From contig DASVED010000023.1 of assembly GCA_036380775.1 (NCBI GenBank), positions 1 to 45,163 on the forward strand: a stretch of 45,163 bases of DNA, read 5' to 3'. A program made the position numbers and the translations under genes. This DNA comes from Actinomycetes bacterium. GTDB lineage: Bacteria; Actinomycetota; Actinomycetes; JACCUZ01. Numbering within the stretch: the first letter of the stretch is position 1; each line of letters begins with the position of its first letter. The notes below the pieces were generated by a model. That model saw nothing but the letters and a program-made list of their open reading frames with translations, ran no database searches and had not been told where the DNA came from. Of this stretch, positions 26,568 through 34,507 are shown piece after piece.

Positions 26568-28312
26568 GTGTCGAGGTCCTGCCGTACCCCCCGGACAGCC
26601 CGCTGACCCTGGTGTCCGCCGCCGCAGCCGGGACCCGGCTGTCCTCCTGGGCTCAGGAGCTGGCTGCCGAGGTGGCTCGCGACGCCGACCGGCTGGCCGC
26701 AGCCTGGGACGGCCCGGCCGCCGCAGCGTGCCGTCACGAGCTCGAGCGGGTCGCCGCGCTGACGCGGGCCGTGGCCGGTCCGCTGCAGACCGGCGCCCGG
26801 CTGCTGCGTGCCCATGCCGCGACCGTCGAGGGTGCCTGCGCCGAGGTGGACCGCCTGCGGCGCGAGCACGCCGCCCTGCTGGCCGAGCACCGCCGCGAGC
26901 TGGCAGCGGTGCTCGCGATGCCGGACGTCCCCGGGCCGCTTCGCCGGCTGCAGGCGCAGGACACGCGGGACGTCCAGCTGGGCGAGCTCGGGCGCCTGCA
27001 CGCCCGCCATCGCGCTGTGCTCGACCGGGTCGCGGAGGACGCCTCGCGCACCGCCCGCCAGGTGTCGGCTGCCGCCCGAGACCTTCTGCCGGTCGCCGCC
27101 CGGGCGATGAATGTCCCACCCCCTCCAGGGACGGCAGGTGCTCAGGAGGGGGCTCTGGCGTCGCTGCTGCCCCTGCTGGCGGCGAGCCGCCGAGCGGTTG
27201 GTGCCCACGGTTCACCGCCGCCGGCCGGCACTCCGGCGGTGCTCGTCCGCGCCTGGTGGCAGGCGCTGACCGGCGACGAGCAGCAGCGGCTGGCCACCAC
27301 CTGGCCGGTCGAGATCGGCGGCCTCGACGGGCTCCCCGGCGCGGTGCGCAGTGCCGCGAACGAGCAGCGCCTCGCGCAGGACCTCGCCCGCCTGCGCGCG
27401 ACGGGAACGCTCGACGCGGCCGAGCAGCGCCGGCTGGACAACTGCGTGGTGGTCCGCGACCAGCTGGCGACGGTGCGCTCGCAGGCCGACCCGGTCACGC
27501 GTGACCCGCTGACGGCCCAGCTGCTGGTCTTCGACCCGTCGGCCTACGACGGTGAGGGCCGCGCGGCGATCGCCGTCGGCGACGTGGACAGTGCCGGACA
27601 CGTGGCGTTCCTGGTCCCTGGCCTCGGGTCGGACGTGCGGGGGGCGGTGGCCGCCCTGACGGACAACGCGGTCCGCGTCACCACCGAGGCCAGGCGCGCG
27701 GCGCCGGAGCATGCGACGGCGACGGTGGCGTGGATGGGCTACGACGCGCCCGGCCTGGGTGACGTCGTGTTCGACGGGGCCGCGGAGGAGGGAGCGGACC
27801 TGCTGGCAGCCGACGTGCTCGCGGTGCAGGCGGCCCGCGACGTGGCGCCCCACCTCACCGTTGTCGGCCATAGCTACGGCAGCACCACCACCGGCACCGC
27901 CTTGCGTGACCACGTCACGGGCGTCGACGACGCGGTGCTCGTCGGCAGCCCGGGGCCCAACGTCGAGGACGCGAGCGATCTCGTGCTACCCGACGGTCAC
28001 GTGTTCGTCGGGGCCAGCAGCCGAGACCCGGTCAGCTACGTGGACCGCTTCGGCAAGGACCCGACGCACGAGAGCTTCGGCGCTGTCCGATTCCGGGCCG
28101 AGGACCCGACGCGCAACGAGTTCATGCTCGACATCGCCGACCACTCCAAGTACTTCGACACCAAGAGCGAGTCGCTGGCCAACATCGTGGCGGTGGTCGT
28201 GGGCGACTACGCGGGCGTGACCACGGCCGCCTACCGTGACGAGGTGTGGCTGCTCCCCGACGGCATCAACGACGACCCGGAGGCCGACCGTGAACCGACC
28301 GTCGTCCCCTGA
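26564..28312 (+). CDS. WXG-like helical N-domain fused to a DUF1023-type alpha/beta hydrolase
   Basis: N-terminus contains LAAAWDGPAAAA (W-x-G) within helical repeats, with no signal peptide. The C-terminal half has HVAFLVPGLGS and the nucleophile elbow VVGHSYGSTTTG. Confidence 0.85.
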   Translation: MSVEVLPYPPDSPLTLVSAAAAGTRLSSWAQELAAEVARDADRLAAAWDGPAAAACRHELERVAALTRAVAGPLQTGARLLRAHAATVEGACAEVDRLRREHAALLAEHRRELAAVLAMPDVPGPLRRLQAQDTRDVQLGELGRLHARHRAVLDRVAEDASRTARQVSAAARDLLPVAARAMNVPPPPGTAGAQEGALASLLPLLAASRRAVGAHGSPPPAGTPAVLVRAWWQALTGDEQQRLATTWPVEIGGLDGLPGAVRSAANEQRLAQDLARLRATGTLDAAEQRRLDNCVVVRDQLATVRSQADPVTRDPLTAQLLVFDPSAYDGEGRAAIAVGDVDSAGHVAFLVPGLGSDVRGAVAALTDNAVRVTTEARRAAPEHATATVAWMGYDAPGLGDVVFDGAAEEGADLLAADVLAVQAARDVAPHLTVVGHSYGSTTTGTALRDHVTGVDDAVLVGSPGPNVEDASDLVLPDGHVFVGASSRDPVSYVDRFGKDPTHESFGAVRFRAEDPTRNEFMLDIADHSKYFDTKSESLANIVAVVVGDYAGVTTAAYRDEVWLLPDGINDDPEADREPTVVP

Positions 28313-28391
28313 CGAGGGGGACCGCCGCGACGGCGGGACGGCTGAGGGACTGCTGGCTGCGGTCCGGCGCCGCCTGCCGCCCGAGGTCGAC

Positions 28392-28907
28392 GTGGTCGGG
28401 CTGGCCCGCGGGCCGCGGGTGGCCGGCGGCCTGCTGGCCGGGGCGGTCGCCCTGTCCGGCTGTGCGGCGTCGCCCGACGACGTGCGCGCCCAGGCGGCCG
28501 CTTCCGAGGCACACGTGCTCGAGGTCTCCCGGTCCGTCCTCGGCGAGCTGGCCCACCTGGGCACCTTCAAGGAGCCCACCACCGGCGCGTGGTCGGGGTG
28601 CGACGACCTCGGCGGCAAGGTCCTCTACCACGTGACCGGCCGTCTCGACCCCGGTCCCGACGTGACCGGCCCGCTGGCGGACCGCGTCGTGGCCACCCTC
28701 GACCCGACCGGGCTGCGGCTGCGGCCGGTCGGGCCGGGCGACGACCCGGTCACCCTGGAGGCCGTCCGGGACGACGTCAACGTGCAGGTCACCGGCTACA
28801 CCAGCCGCGCGCCGGTGCTGTTCGACATCTCCGGGCCGTGCCTGGACGTCGGTGACCTGGACCGCGAGCTCCTGGGGGAGCAGGCTCGGACCCTGACCGT
28901 CCCGTGA
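28392..28907 (+). CDS. lipoprotein
   Basis: VVGLARGPRVAGGLLAGAVALSGCAAS has a basic n-region, an h-region and the lipobox L-S-G-C. GAGG precedes GTG 28392. An in-frame GTG at 28290 with GGAGG is an alternative start. Confidence 0.7.
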   Translation: MVGLARGPRVAGGLLAGAVALSGCAASPDDVRAQAAASEAHVLEVSRSVLGELAHLGTFKEPTTGAWSGCDDLGGKVLYHVTGRLDPGPDVTGPLADRVVATLDPTGLRLRPVGPGDDPVTLEAVRDDVNVQVTGYTSRAPVLFDISGPCLDVGDLDRELLGEQARTLTVP

Positions 28908-28917
28908 GGACGTCCTG

Positions 28918-29091
28918 GTGGTGGAGGTCGACATCGTGGTGACCTGTGCGCGCTGCGGCGCCACCGAGGAGCAACAGCCGCTGACGTGGAGCACGTCGGT
29001 CGAGCGCGGCCGGACCGTCCACTACTGCGACCGGTGCAGCCGCGAGAACGTGCGAGCCATCGAGGGTCGCCTCGACACCGAGTGGTGGTGA
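28918..29091 (+). CDS. Cys4 zinc-ribbon mini-protein (57 aa; below the track cutoff)
   Basis: GAGGA lies 7 nt before the GTG. Product VVEVDIVVTCARCGATEEQQPLTWSTSVERGRTVHYCDRCSRENVRAIEGRLDTEWW has two CxxC pairs and high GC3. Confidence 0.55.
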   Translation: MVEVDIVVTCARCGATEEQQPLTWSTSVERGRTVHYCDRCSRENVRAIEGRLDTEWW

Positions 29092-29095
29092 GGGG

Positions 29096-30493
29096 TCAGT
29101 CCGCGCCGGCCGTCCGGGCCCGGTTGCGAGTGGGGCGCGGGGCGGGCGACTTCTTCGACGTACGCCGTGAACGTCGTGCCGTGCCGCCGCGGAAACCGGG
29201 CACCCAGTTCTGGAGCTCGGCGCGCCACGGCGCCTCCGCCTCGAGCTGGCAGAGGACGCCGATCGCGCCCATCGTCACCCGGTGGATCAGCAGGTAGTCG
29301 GGCGGCAGGTTCAGGCGCAGACCGGTGGAGTACGCCGGGGACCGCGGGTCGCCGACGCGCACCGCCTGGCGGCGCAGCCAACCCCGGGAGAAGCGGAACG
29401 TCTCGGCGCTGGCCGGCTCCAGGATCGGCGCGAGGTAGCCGAGCAACGCCTCGGCGTCGAGGTCGATGCCGGTGCGGACGAATCCCTCGGCGCGCAGCCC
29501 CTCGAGCACGCCATGGGCGTCGCCGGCGATGGCCAGCTCGAGCAACGGGCCGATGGAGGGCGGCAGCCCACCCGGCAGCCGGTTCACCGCGCCGTAGTCG
29601 AGCACCACGAGTCGGCCGTCGTCCAGGAGCCGGAAGTTCCCCGGGTGCGGGTCGGCGTGCAGCAGACCGACGCGGGCCGGACCGGAGAACAGGAAGCGGG
29701 CGAACAGCAGACCGGCGCGGTCGCGCTGCTCCGTCGTACCCGAGGAGATGACCTTGGACAGCGGCGTGCCGTCGACCCAGTCGCTGACGAGGACCTGGCC
29801 GCTGCCGTCGACGACGGGAGGCACCAGGATGTCGGGGTCGCCGGCGTACTCGTCGGCGAAGGCCGCCTGGTGCTCGGCCTCCATCCGGTAGTCGAGCTCC
29901 TCCGCGACCCGCTCCTTCAGCTCGGCCACCAGCGGCTTGACCTCGAGCCCGGGCACCAGCATGCCGACGAGCCGGCTCATCCGGCCGATCTGGGTCAGGT
30001 CCGAGAGCAGGGCCTCGCCGGCACCGGGGTACTGCACCTTGACCGCGACGTGGCGTCCGTCCGACCACACCGCGCGGTGCACCTGGCCGATCGACGCCGC
30101 GGCGGCCGGCCGGTCGTCGAAGGTCGTGAACCGGTCGCGCCACCCGCTGCCCAGCTCGCGGGCGAGCACCGCGTGAACGGTCCGAGCCGGCAGCGGCGGC
30201 GCGGACTCCTGCAGCCGGGTCAGGGTCTCGCGGTAGGGCCCGGCGAGGTGCTCCGGCAGGGCAGCCTCGAACACCGACATCGCCTGGCCGAACTTCATCG
30301 CTCCGCCCTTGAGCTCGCCGAGCACGCGGAACAGTTGCTCGGCGGTGCGGGCCTGGACCTCGGCGGCCACGACCTCGGCCGGTCGGCCGCCGATCCGGCG
30401 CCCGAGGCCCAGCGTCGCGCGGCCCGCGTAGCCCAGCGGCAGGCCCGCGAGCCTGACCGTCCGGGCCGCGGCACGACGCGGCAGGTCCTCCAT
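29096..30493 (-). CDS. ABC1/UbiB family atypical kinase
   Basis: GGAMKFGQAMS, AAASIGQVHRA, VAVKVQYPG, HADPHPGNF, LDYGAV. Confidence 0.9.
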   Translation of the reverse strand: MEDLPRRAAARTVRLAGLPLGYAGRATLGLGRRIGGRPAEVVAAEVQARTAEQLFRVLGELKGGAMKFGQAMSVFEAALPEHLAGPYRETLTRLQESAPPLPARTVHAVLARELGSGWRDRFTTFDDRPAAAASIGQVHRAVWSDGRHVAVKVQYPGAGEALLSDLTQIGRMSRLVGMLVPGLEVKPLVAELKERVAEELDYRMEAEHQAAFADEYAGDPDILVPPVVDGSGQVLVSDWVDGTPLSKVISSGTTEQRDRAGLLFARFLFSGPARVGLLHADPHPGNFRLLDDGRLVVLDYGAVNRLPGGLPPSIGPLLELAIAGDAHGVLEGLRAEGFVRTGIDLDAEALLGYLAPILEPASAETFRFSRGWLRRQAVRVGDPRSPAYSTGLRLNLPPDYLLIHRVTMGAIGVLCQLEAEAPWRAELQNWVPGFRGGTARRSRRTSKKSPAPRPTRNRARTAGAD

Positions 30494-30505
30494 CCCGGCA
30501 GTCTG

Positions 30506-31582
30506 TCAGTGCGTCTGGTCGGCCGCTGCCCAAGCGCAGCCGCAGGCCGGGTGAGCCGACCAGGACCGGCGTCGGACCCGCCCGTCAGCCTGCGACACCT
30601 CGAGCGTCCCGTCCACCGCCGGCGGCCGGGCATCCCCGTCGAGGAAGGCGAGCACCTGGAGACCCGCGTGTGCTGCGACGGCCGTGGCGAGCACGACGTC
30701 GCAGGCGGCCGGTGCGAGCCGGCCGCCGCCGGTGAGCTGGGCCGCGACCGACGGCCAGGCCGGGTCCCGGTCGGCTCGGTGCAGGTCGTGGCAGCGGCGG
30801 CAGGACGACCGGCCGGGCAGCACCAGGGGACCCACCACGCCGGTCGCGTCGCGGACGCGAGCGAACAGGTGGGGGATCCCGGACCTGACCAGCCGGTCGA
30901 CCAGGTGCGACTCGGGGCCGTTGCCCGGTTCCGCCGTGAGCACGACGAGGTCCGGAGCGGGACCGGTGGGTGCGCCCGTACGCGCCGACGCCGCGAGCGC
31001 CCGCGCCGCGCGAGCCGCCGCCTCCTGCCGCCGCGCGCCGAGCGCATCGGCGTCCAGACCGGCGGGCGAGAGGTCGGCGGCCCGGGTGGTCCCCGCGTCC
31101 TCGACCGCCAGGCCGCCGACGCCGGCCGCGGCGAGCAACCGGACCAGCGACGCCCCCACCCGGCCCGCGCCGTGCACGGCGACGACCTTCCGGCGGCGAC
31201 GGCCGAGCACGCCAGCTCCGCCGTCCAGGCCGGCCCGGGCGATGGACGCGGCGGCGATGTCCGGAGCCAGCCGGTCGCGCTCCTCGCGGCTGAGGCCCGC
31301 GAGCGGCCTCTGGTCGGCGGCGGCGTCCTGAAGGACCCCCGACCGGGTCAGCAGCCCGAGCAGGTCCTCGAGATGTCGCGGGGCCAGCCCCAGCCGGGCC
31401 GCGGCGACCCGCAGGCCGTTGAGGTCACGCGTCCCGTCGAGGCTCTCGACCAGGCGAGCCGACGCGGTGTCCAGCCCGCCGATGACGACGGCCCGTCCGG
31501 GGTCGACCCCGAGCTGGAGCGTGGTGCCGTCCCGCCACACGCGCCGGAGGGCGGGCTTGAGCTGGGGTCGCAGTGGCGGCAC
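30506..31582 (-). CDS. divergent ThiF/E1-like protein with an N-terminal winged-helix-like domain
   Basis: VAVHGAGRVGASLVRLLAAAGV (GxGxxG), CRRC, and a C-terminal HPACGC. GGGAGGG precedes the GTG. It lies 12 nt upstream of the ABC1 gene. Confidence 0.8.
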   Translation of the reverse strand: MPPLRPQLKPALRRVWRDGTTLQLGVDPGRAVVIGGLDTASARLVESLDGTRDLNGLRVAAARLGLAPRHLEDLLGLLTRSGVLQDAAADQRPLAGLSREERDRLAPDIAAASIARAGLDGGAGVLGRRRRKVVAVHGAGRVGASLVRLLAAAGVGGLAVEDAGTTRAADLSPAGLDADALGARRQEAAARAARALAASARTGAPTGPAPDLVVLTAEPGNGPESHLVDRLVRSGIPHLFARVRDATGVVGPLVLPGRSSCRRCHDLHRADRDPAWPSVAAQLTGGGRLAPAACDVVLATAVAAHAGLQVLAFLDGDARPPAVDGTLEVSQADGRVRRRSWSAHPACGCAWAAADQTH

Positions 31583-31678
31583 AGGCCCTCCCGGGCAGGC
31601 GGCGGATCGGGTGACCGAGCGTCGCAGAACCGCGGTAGGTCGATGCTCCTCCCGTCCACAGGAAGATCCACTTGATGG

Positions 31679-32965
31679 TCAGGCGAGGCCGCAGACGTCC
31701 AGCGCGAGCAGCGCCAGGGCGCGGGTCGCGGTGTGCAGCTCGGCCAGCGGGACCCGCTCGTCCGCGGCGTGCGCCAGGGCGGAGTCGCCGGGTCCGTAGT
31801 GCAGCGTCGGCACACCGGCGGCGGCGAGCAGGCGCAGGTCGCTCCCGTACGGCGCACCCCACACCTCCTGCGGCCCACCGCCGGCCCGGTCGTGCGCCCG
31901 GCCCATCCGGGCGGCCAGGTCGTTGTCGGCCGGCAGCCGGCCGGAGGCGAACTGCCCGCCCCACCACTCGACGGTCACCGGGTGCTCGCCGAGCCAGGGG
32001 TCCTCGGCGCAGACCTCCGCCACAGCATCTTCGAGGGACTGCCGGGCGGCGTCCACCGGCTCGTCGAGCGCGACGCCGAGGCGCCCCTCGGCCACCAGGA
32101 GGTCCGGCACGGTGGAGGCCCAGTTGCCCGCCTCGACCCGTCCGATCGACACCGGGTAGGCGATCGGCCAGCGCGCCAGCAACGGGTCGACGTCGGCGTT
32201 GCGGGACGCCTCCAGCCGGTCCAGCGCCGCGAGCAGCGGGACCAGCTTGCTGACCGCGCTCACGCCCTCCGTGCGCCGCGACGCGTGCGTCGCGAGGCCG
32301 GTCACCCGCAGCCGGAAGGTGAGCGCACCGCCGTTGGCCGGCACGATGTCGAGCCCGGTGGGCTCGGGCAGCACGGCGCAGTCAGCGCGCCATCCCCGGC
32401 GCAGGGTGGCGTAGGTGCCGAGGCCGCCGTCCTCCTCGCCAGGGACGCAGGCCACCAGGAGGTCGCCGCGCAGCGGGGCACCGGCCCTGCGTACCGCTGC
32501 GACGACGGTGAGCGCGGCGACGAGACCTGCCTTCATGTCGCACGCGCCGCGCCCGTGCAGCTCACCGTCCACGACCTGCCCGGAGAACGGGTCCGGCCGG
32601 CTCCACGCGGCGAGGTCCCCGGTCGGGACGACGTCGACGTGCGCGTTGAGCATCAGGGCCGGGCCGTCCGACCCGGCAGACCCGTCACTGCGGCCGGGCA
32701 GGCGACCGACCAGGCCCCAGGCCTCGGTGCGCTCCACCTCGACGCCGGGGAAGTCGGGTTCGGCGAGCAGCTCGTCGAGGGGCAGTCGCCAGTGGTCGAC
32801 CTCGAGGCCGGCCAGGGTCAGCTCGGTCGCGAGCATCGCCTGGATCTCGTGCTCGGCGTCGGTGCCGCCCACGCTCGGGACGCGCACGAGCTCGGCCAGC
32901 CGCTCCTCGGCGGAGACCGCGGCGGCGTCGACCTCGTCGAGCACGCGCGCCGCCCAGTCGGTCAC
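31679..32965 (-). CDS. M20 family amidohydrolase (ArgE/DapE-like)
   Basis: LNAHVDVVPTGD, GRGACDMKAG, PGEEDGG. GTG 32965 gives VTDWAARVLD; the upstream part of the track ORF is Arg-rich junk. Confidence 0.85.
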   Translation of the reverse strand: MTDWAARVLDEVDAAAVSAEERLAELVRVPSVGGTDAEHEIQAMLATELTLAGLEVDHWRLPLDELLAEPDFPGVEVERTEAWGLVGRLPGRSDGSAGSDGPALMLNAHVDVVPTGDLAAWSRPDPFSGQVVDGELHGRGACDMKAGLVAALTVVAAVRRAGAPLRGDLLVACVPGEEDGGLGTYATLRRGWRADCAVLPEPTGLDIVPANGGALTFRLRVTGLATHASRRTEGVSAVSKLVPLLAALDRLEASRNADVDPLLARWPIAYPVSIGRVEAGNWASTVPDLLVAEGRLGVALDEPVDAARQSLEDAVAEVCAEDPWLGEHPVTVEWWGGQFASGRLPADNDLAARMGRAHDRAGGGPQEVWGAPYGSDLRLLAAAGVPTLHYGPGDSALAHAADERVPLAELHTATRALALLALDVCGLA

Positions 32966-33051
32966 GACCGCGAGCGTAGAGGTCCCCGCATGCCGGAGGG
33001 GGCGGCCCCGCGAACGGGACCGCCCCCTCCGGGACGGGTGGGTGGTGCGGC

Positions 33052-33210
33052 CTACGCCTTGCCGAGGATCCGGTTCAGCTTGGTGCCGCAGACGGGGCAG
33101 ATCCCCTGGGCCATCCGGCGGCCCGACTCGCTGACCTTGACCTCGCCGGTGAAGTCGCGCTTCTCCTTGCACTTCACGCAGTACGCGTCTCCGGTGTAGC
33201 TCTCAGCCAC
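33052..33210 (-). CDS. DUF5679-like zinc-ribbon mini-protein (52 aa)
   Basis: GGAGGA lies 4-5 nt before GTG 33210. Product VAESYTGDAYCVKCKEKRDFTGEVKVSESGRRMAQGICPVCGTKLNRILGKA has two CxxC pairs. Confidence 0.75.
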   Translation of the reverse strand: MAESYTGDAYCVKCKEKRDFTGEVKVSESGRRMAQGICPVCGTKLNRILGKA

Positions 33211-33326
33211 GTGTCCTCCTCGAGTGGTTCGGTGTCCGGCGGACATGCCGTGACCGGACCTGAGATCCACCCTAGAGCAGGCTCCCCCGTGAGCGTGGGA
33301 GGCGGGGTGCCCAGCGTGGGCTGAGC

Positions 33327-34217
33327 GTGGATAGCCTCAGGCCCGTGACCGACCCCGGACGGCCCCCGTCAGCGCCCTCTCTCCGACCCGGGGACGGCCC
33401 CGGCGACGGCCCCGGCGACGGCCCCGGCGACCGCCCCGACCTGCGGGTCGAGCGCCCGGCCGAGGGCGTCGCGCTGGTCACCCTGGACCTGCCGGAGCGG
33501 CGCAACATGATGTCGGCGGCGATGACCGCGTCCTGGGGCCTGGCCATGACCGAGCTCCGAGCCGACCCGCGGTTGCGGGCCGTGGTGGTGACCGGCGCCG
33601 GGGACGCCTTCTGCGCGGGGGGCGATCTGTCGTGGATCGGGGCCGAGCCGGACGCGAGCGTGGACGAGCTGCGGACCCGGATGCTGGCGTTCTACCGGAC
33701 CTGGCTGGCCATCCGGGACCTCGAGGTGCCGACGATCGCGGCGGTGAACGGTGCGGCCGTGGGCGCGGGCCTCGCCGTGGCGCTGGCCTGTGACCTGCGG
33801 TACGCCGCTGAGGACGCCCGGATGGGGGTCCCGTTCACCGCGCTGGGGATGCACCCCGGGATGGCGACCACCTGGCTGCTGCCCGAGGTCGCCGGACTGG
33901 CAGCAGCCCGCGAGCTGCTGCTCACCGGCCGGATGGTCACCGGCACCGAGGCGGCGGCGATGGGCCTGGTCAACCGGGCGGTCGCGGCCGGCGCGGTGCT
34001 CGACGAGGCGCTCTCGGTCGCCGGCGCGGTCGCCGCGACGGCGCCGGTAGCGAGCCGCCTGACCAAGCGGGCGCTGGCGTCCGGGGGCCACGCGAGCTTC
34101 GAGGCCGCCCTGGAGTGGGAGGCGCTGGCCCAGCCGGTCACGCTGGCGACCGCGGACCTCCAGGAAGGCCTCGCCGCTCAGCGCGAGCGGCGGACCCCAC
34201 GGTTCACCGGCCAGTGA
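33327..34217 (+). CDS. enoyl-CoA hydratase/isomerase family protein with a repeat-containing N-terminal extension
   Basis: LVTLDLPERRNMM, VVTGAGDAFCAGGDL, IAAVNGAAVGAGL. No canonical start lies between the repeat and the crotonase core, so the GDGP repeat is translated. An alternative GTG is at 33345. Confidence 0.85.
   Translation: MDSLRPVTDPGRPPSAPSLRPGDGPGDGPGDGPGDRPDLRVERPAEGVALVTLDLPERRNMMSAAMTASWGLAMTELRADPRLRAVVVTGAGDAFCAGGDLSWIGAEPDASVDELRTRMLAFYRTWLAIRDLEVPTIAAVNGAAVGAGLAVALACDLRYAAEDARMGVPFTALGMHPGMATTWLLPEVAGLAAARELLLTGRMVTGTEAAAMGLVNRAVAAGAVLDEALSVAGAVAATAPVASRLTKRALASGGHASFEAALEWEALAQPVTLATADLQEGLAAQRERRTPRFTGQ
33390..33437 (+). repeat. 12-nt in-frame tandem repeat, 4 units (GGCGACGGCCCC; encodes GDGP x4)
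   Basis: Units at 33390-33401, 33402-33413, 33414-33425 and 33426-33437, with one substitution each in the first and last unit. Confidence 0.9.
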
Positions 34218-34288
34218 AGCGGCGACGTCCGGAGCGAGGAACGAGCGTAGGCGGAGCGCGACGATGACACTGATAACGCTTCCCCGAG

Positions 34289-34441
34289 GGTGGGTTCCGG
34301 GGAGGTCCGTGGAGGGCCGGCCCGGAACCCACCGCCGTCAGGGGAGGGGGGTCGCCTGATCACGAAGCCCCCGGGCCGACACGGCCGGACCGCCCGCCTT
34401 CCCCTTGCGGAGGGGCCGGCCGACCGACCCGGGGGCTTCGT
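34289..34441. other. two consecutive GC-rich hairpins of unknown function
   Basis: The first is a 13-bp perfect stem, 34289-34301 / 34321-34333. The second is a rod-like hairpin with a 14-bp perfect outer stem, 34362-34375 / 34428-34441. That outer stem encloses GGCCGG/CCGGCC (34383-34388 / 34416-34421) and CCCCT/AGGGG (34401-34405 / 34411-34415). Confidence 0.5.
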
Positions 34442-34507
34442 CGGGCCAGACGCTAGGAGCGGCCCGAGCGGGCGTCAACGGAACCGGCCGGATCTGGTCC
34501 TCGCGGT

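Noticed and set aside
33390-33437. Regularly spaced short repeats (also 34721-34751) considered as a CRISPR-like array.
   Set aside because: These are contiguous 12-nt tandem units with no spacers, they lie in frame inside ORFs, and there are no cas genes. They are simple coding microsatellite-type repeats.
34286-34320. Resemblance of GAGGGTGGGTTCCGG...GGTCCGTGGAG to the conserved GGGUUCCG and GGUCCGAGAG segments of the guanidine-I (ykkC) riboswitch.
   Set aside because: GGGTTCCGG is here fully paired with a perfect complement at 34322-34333, which does not fit the riboswitch architecture as I remember it. The 3' ACGG-GGGA-AAA-CCCGGGAG element is missing. The downstream gene is not a guanidine-related transporter or carboxylase.
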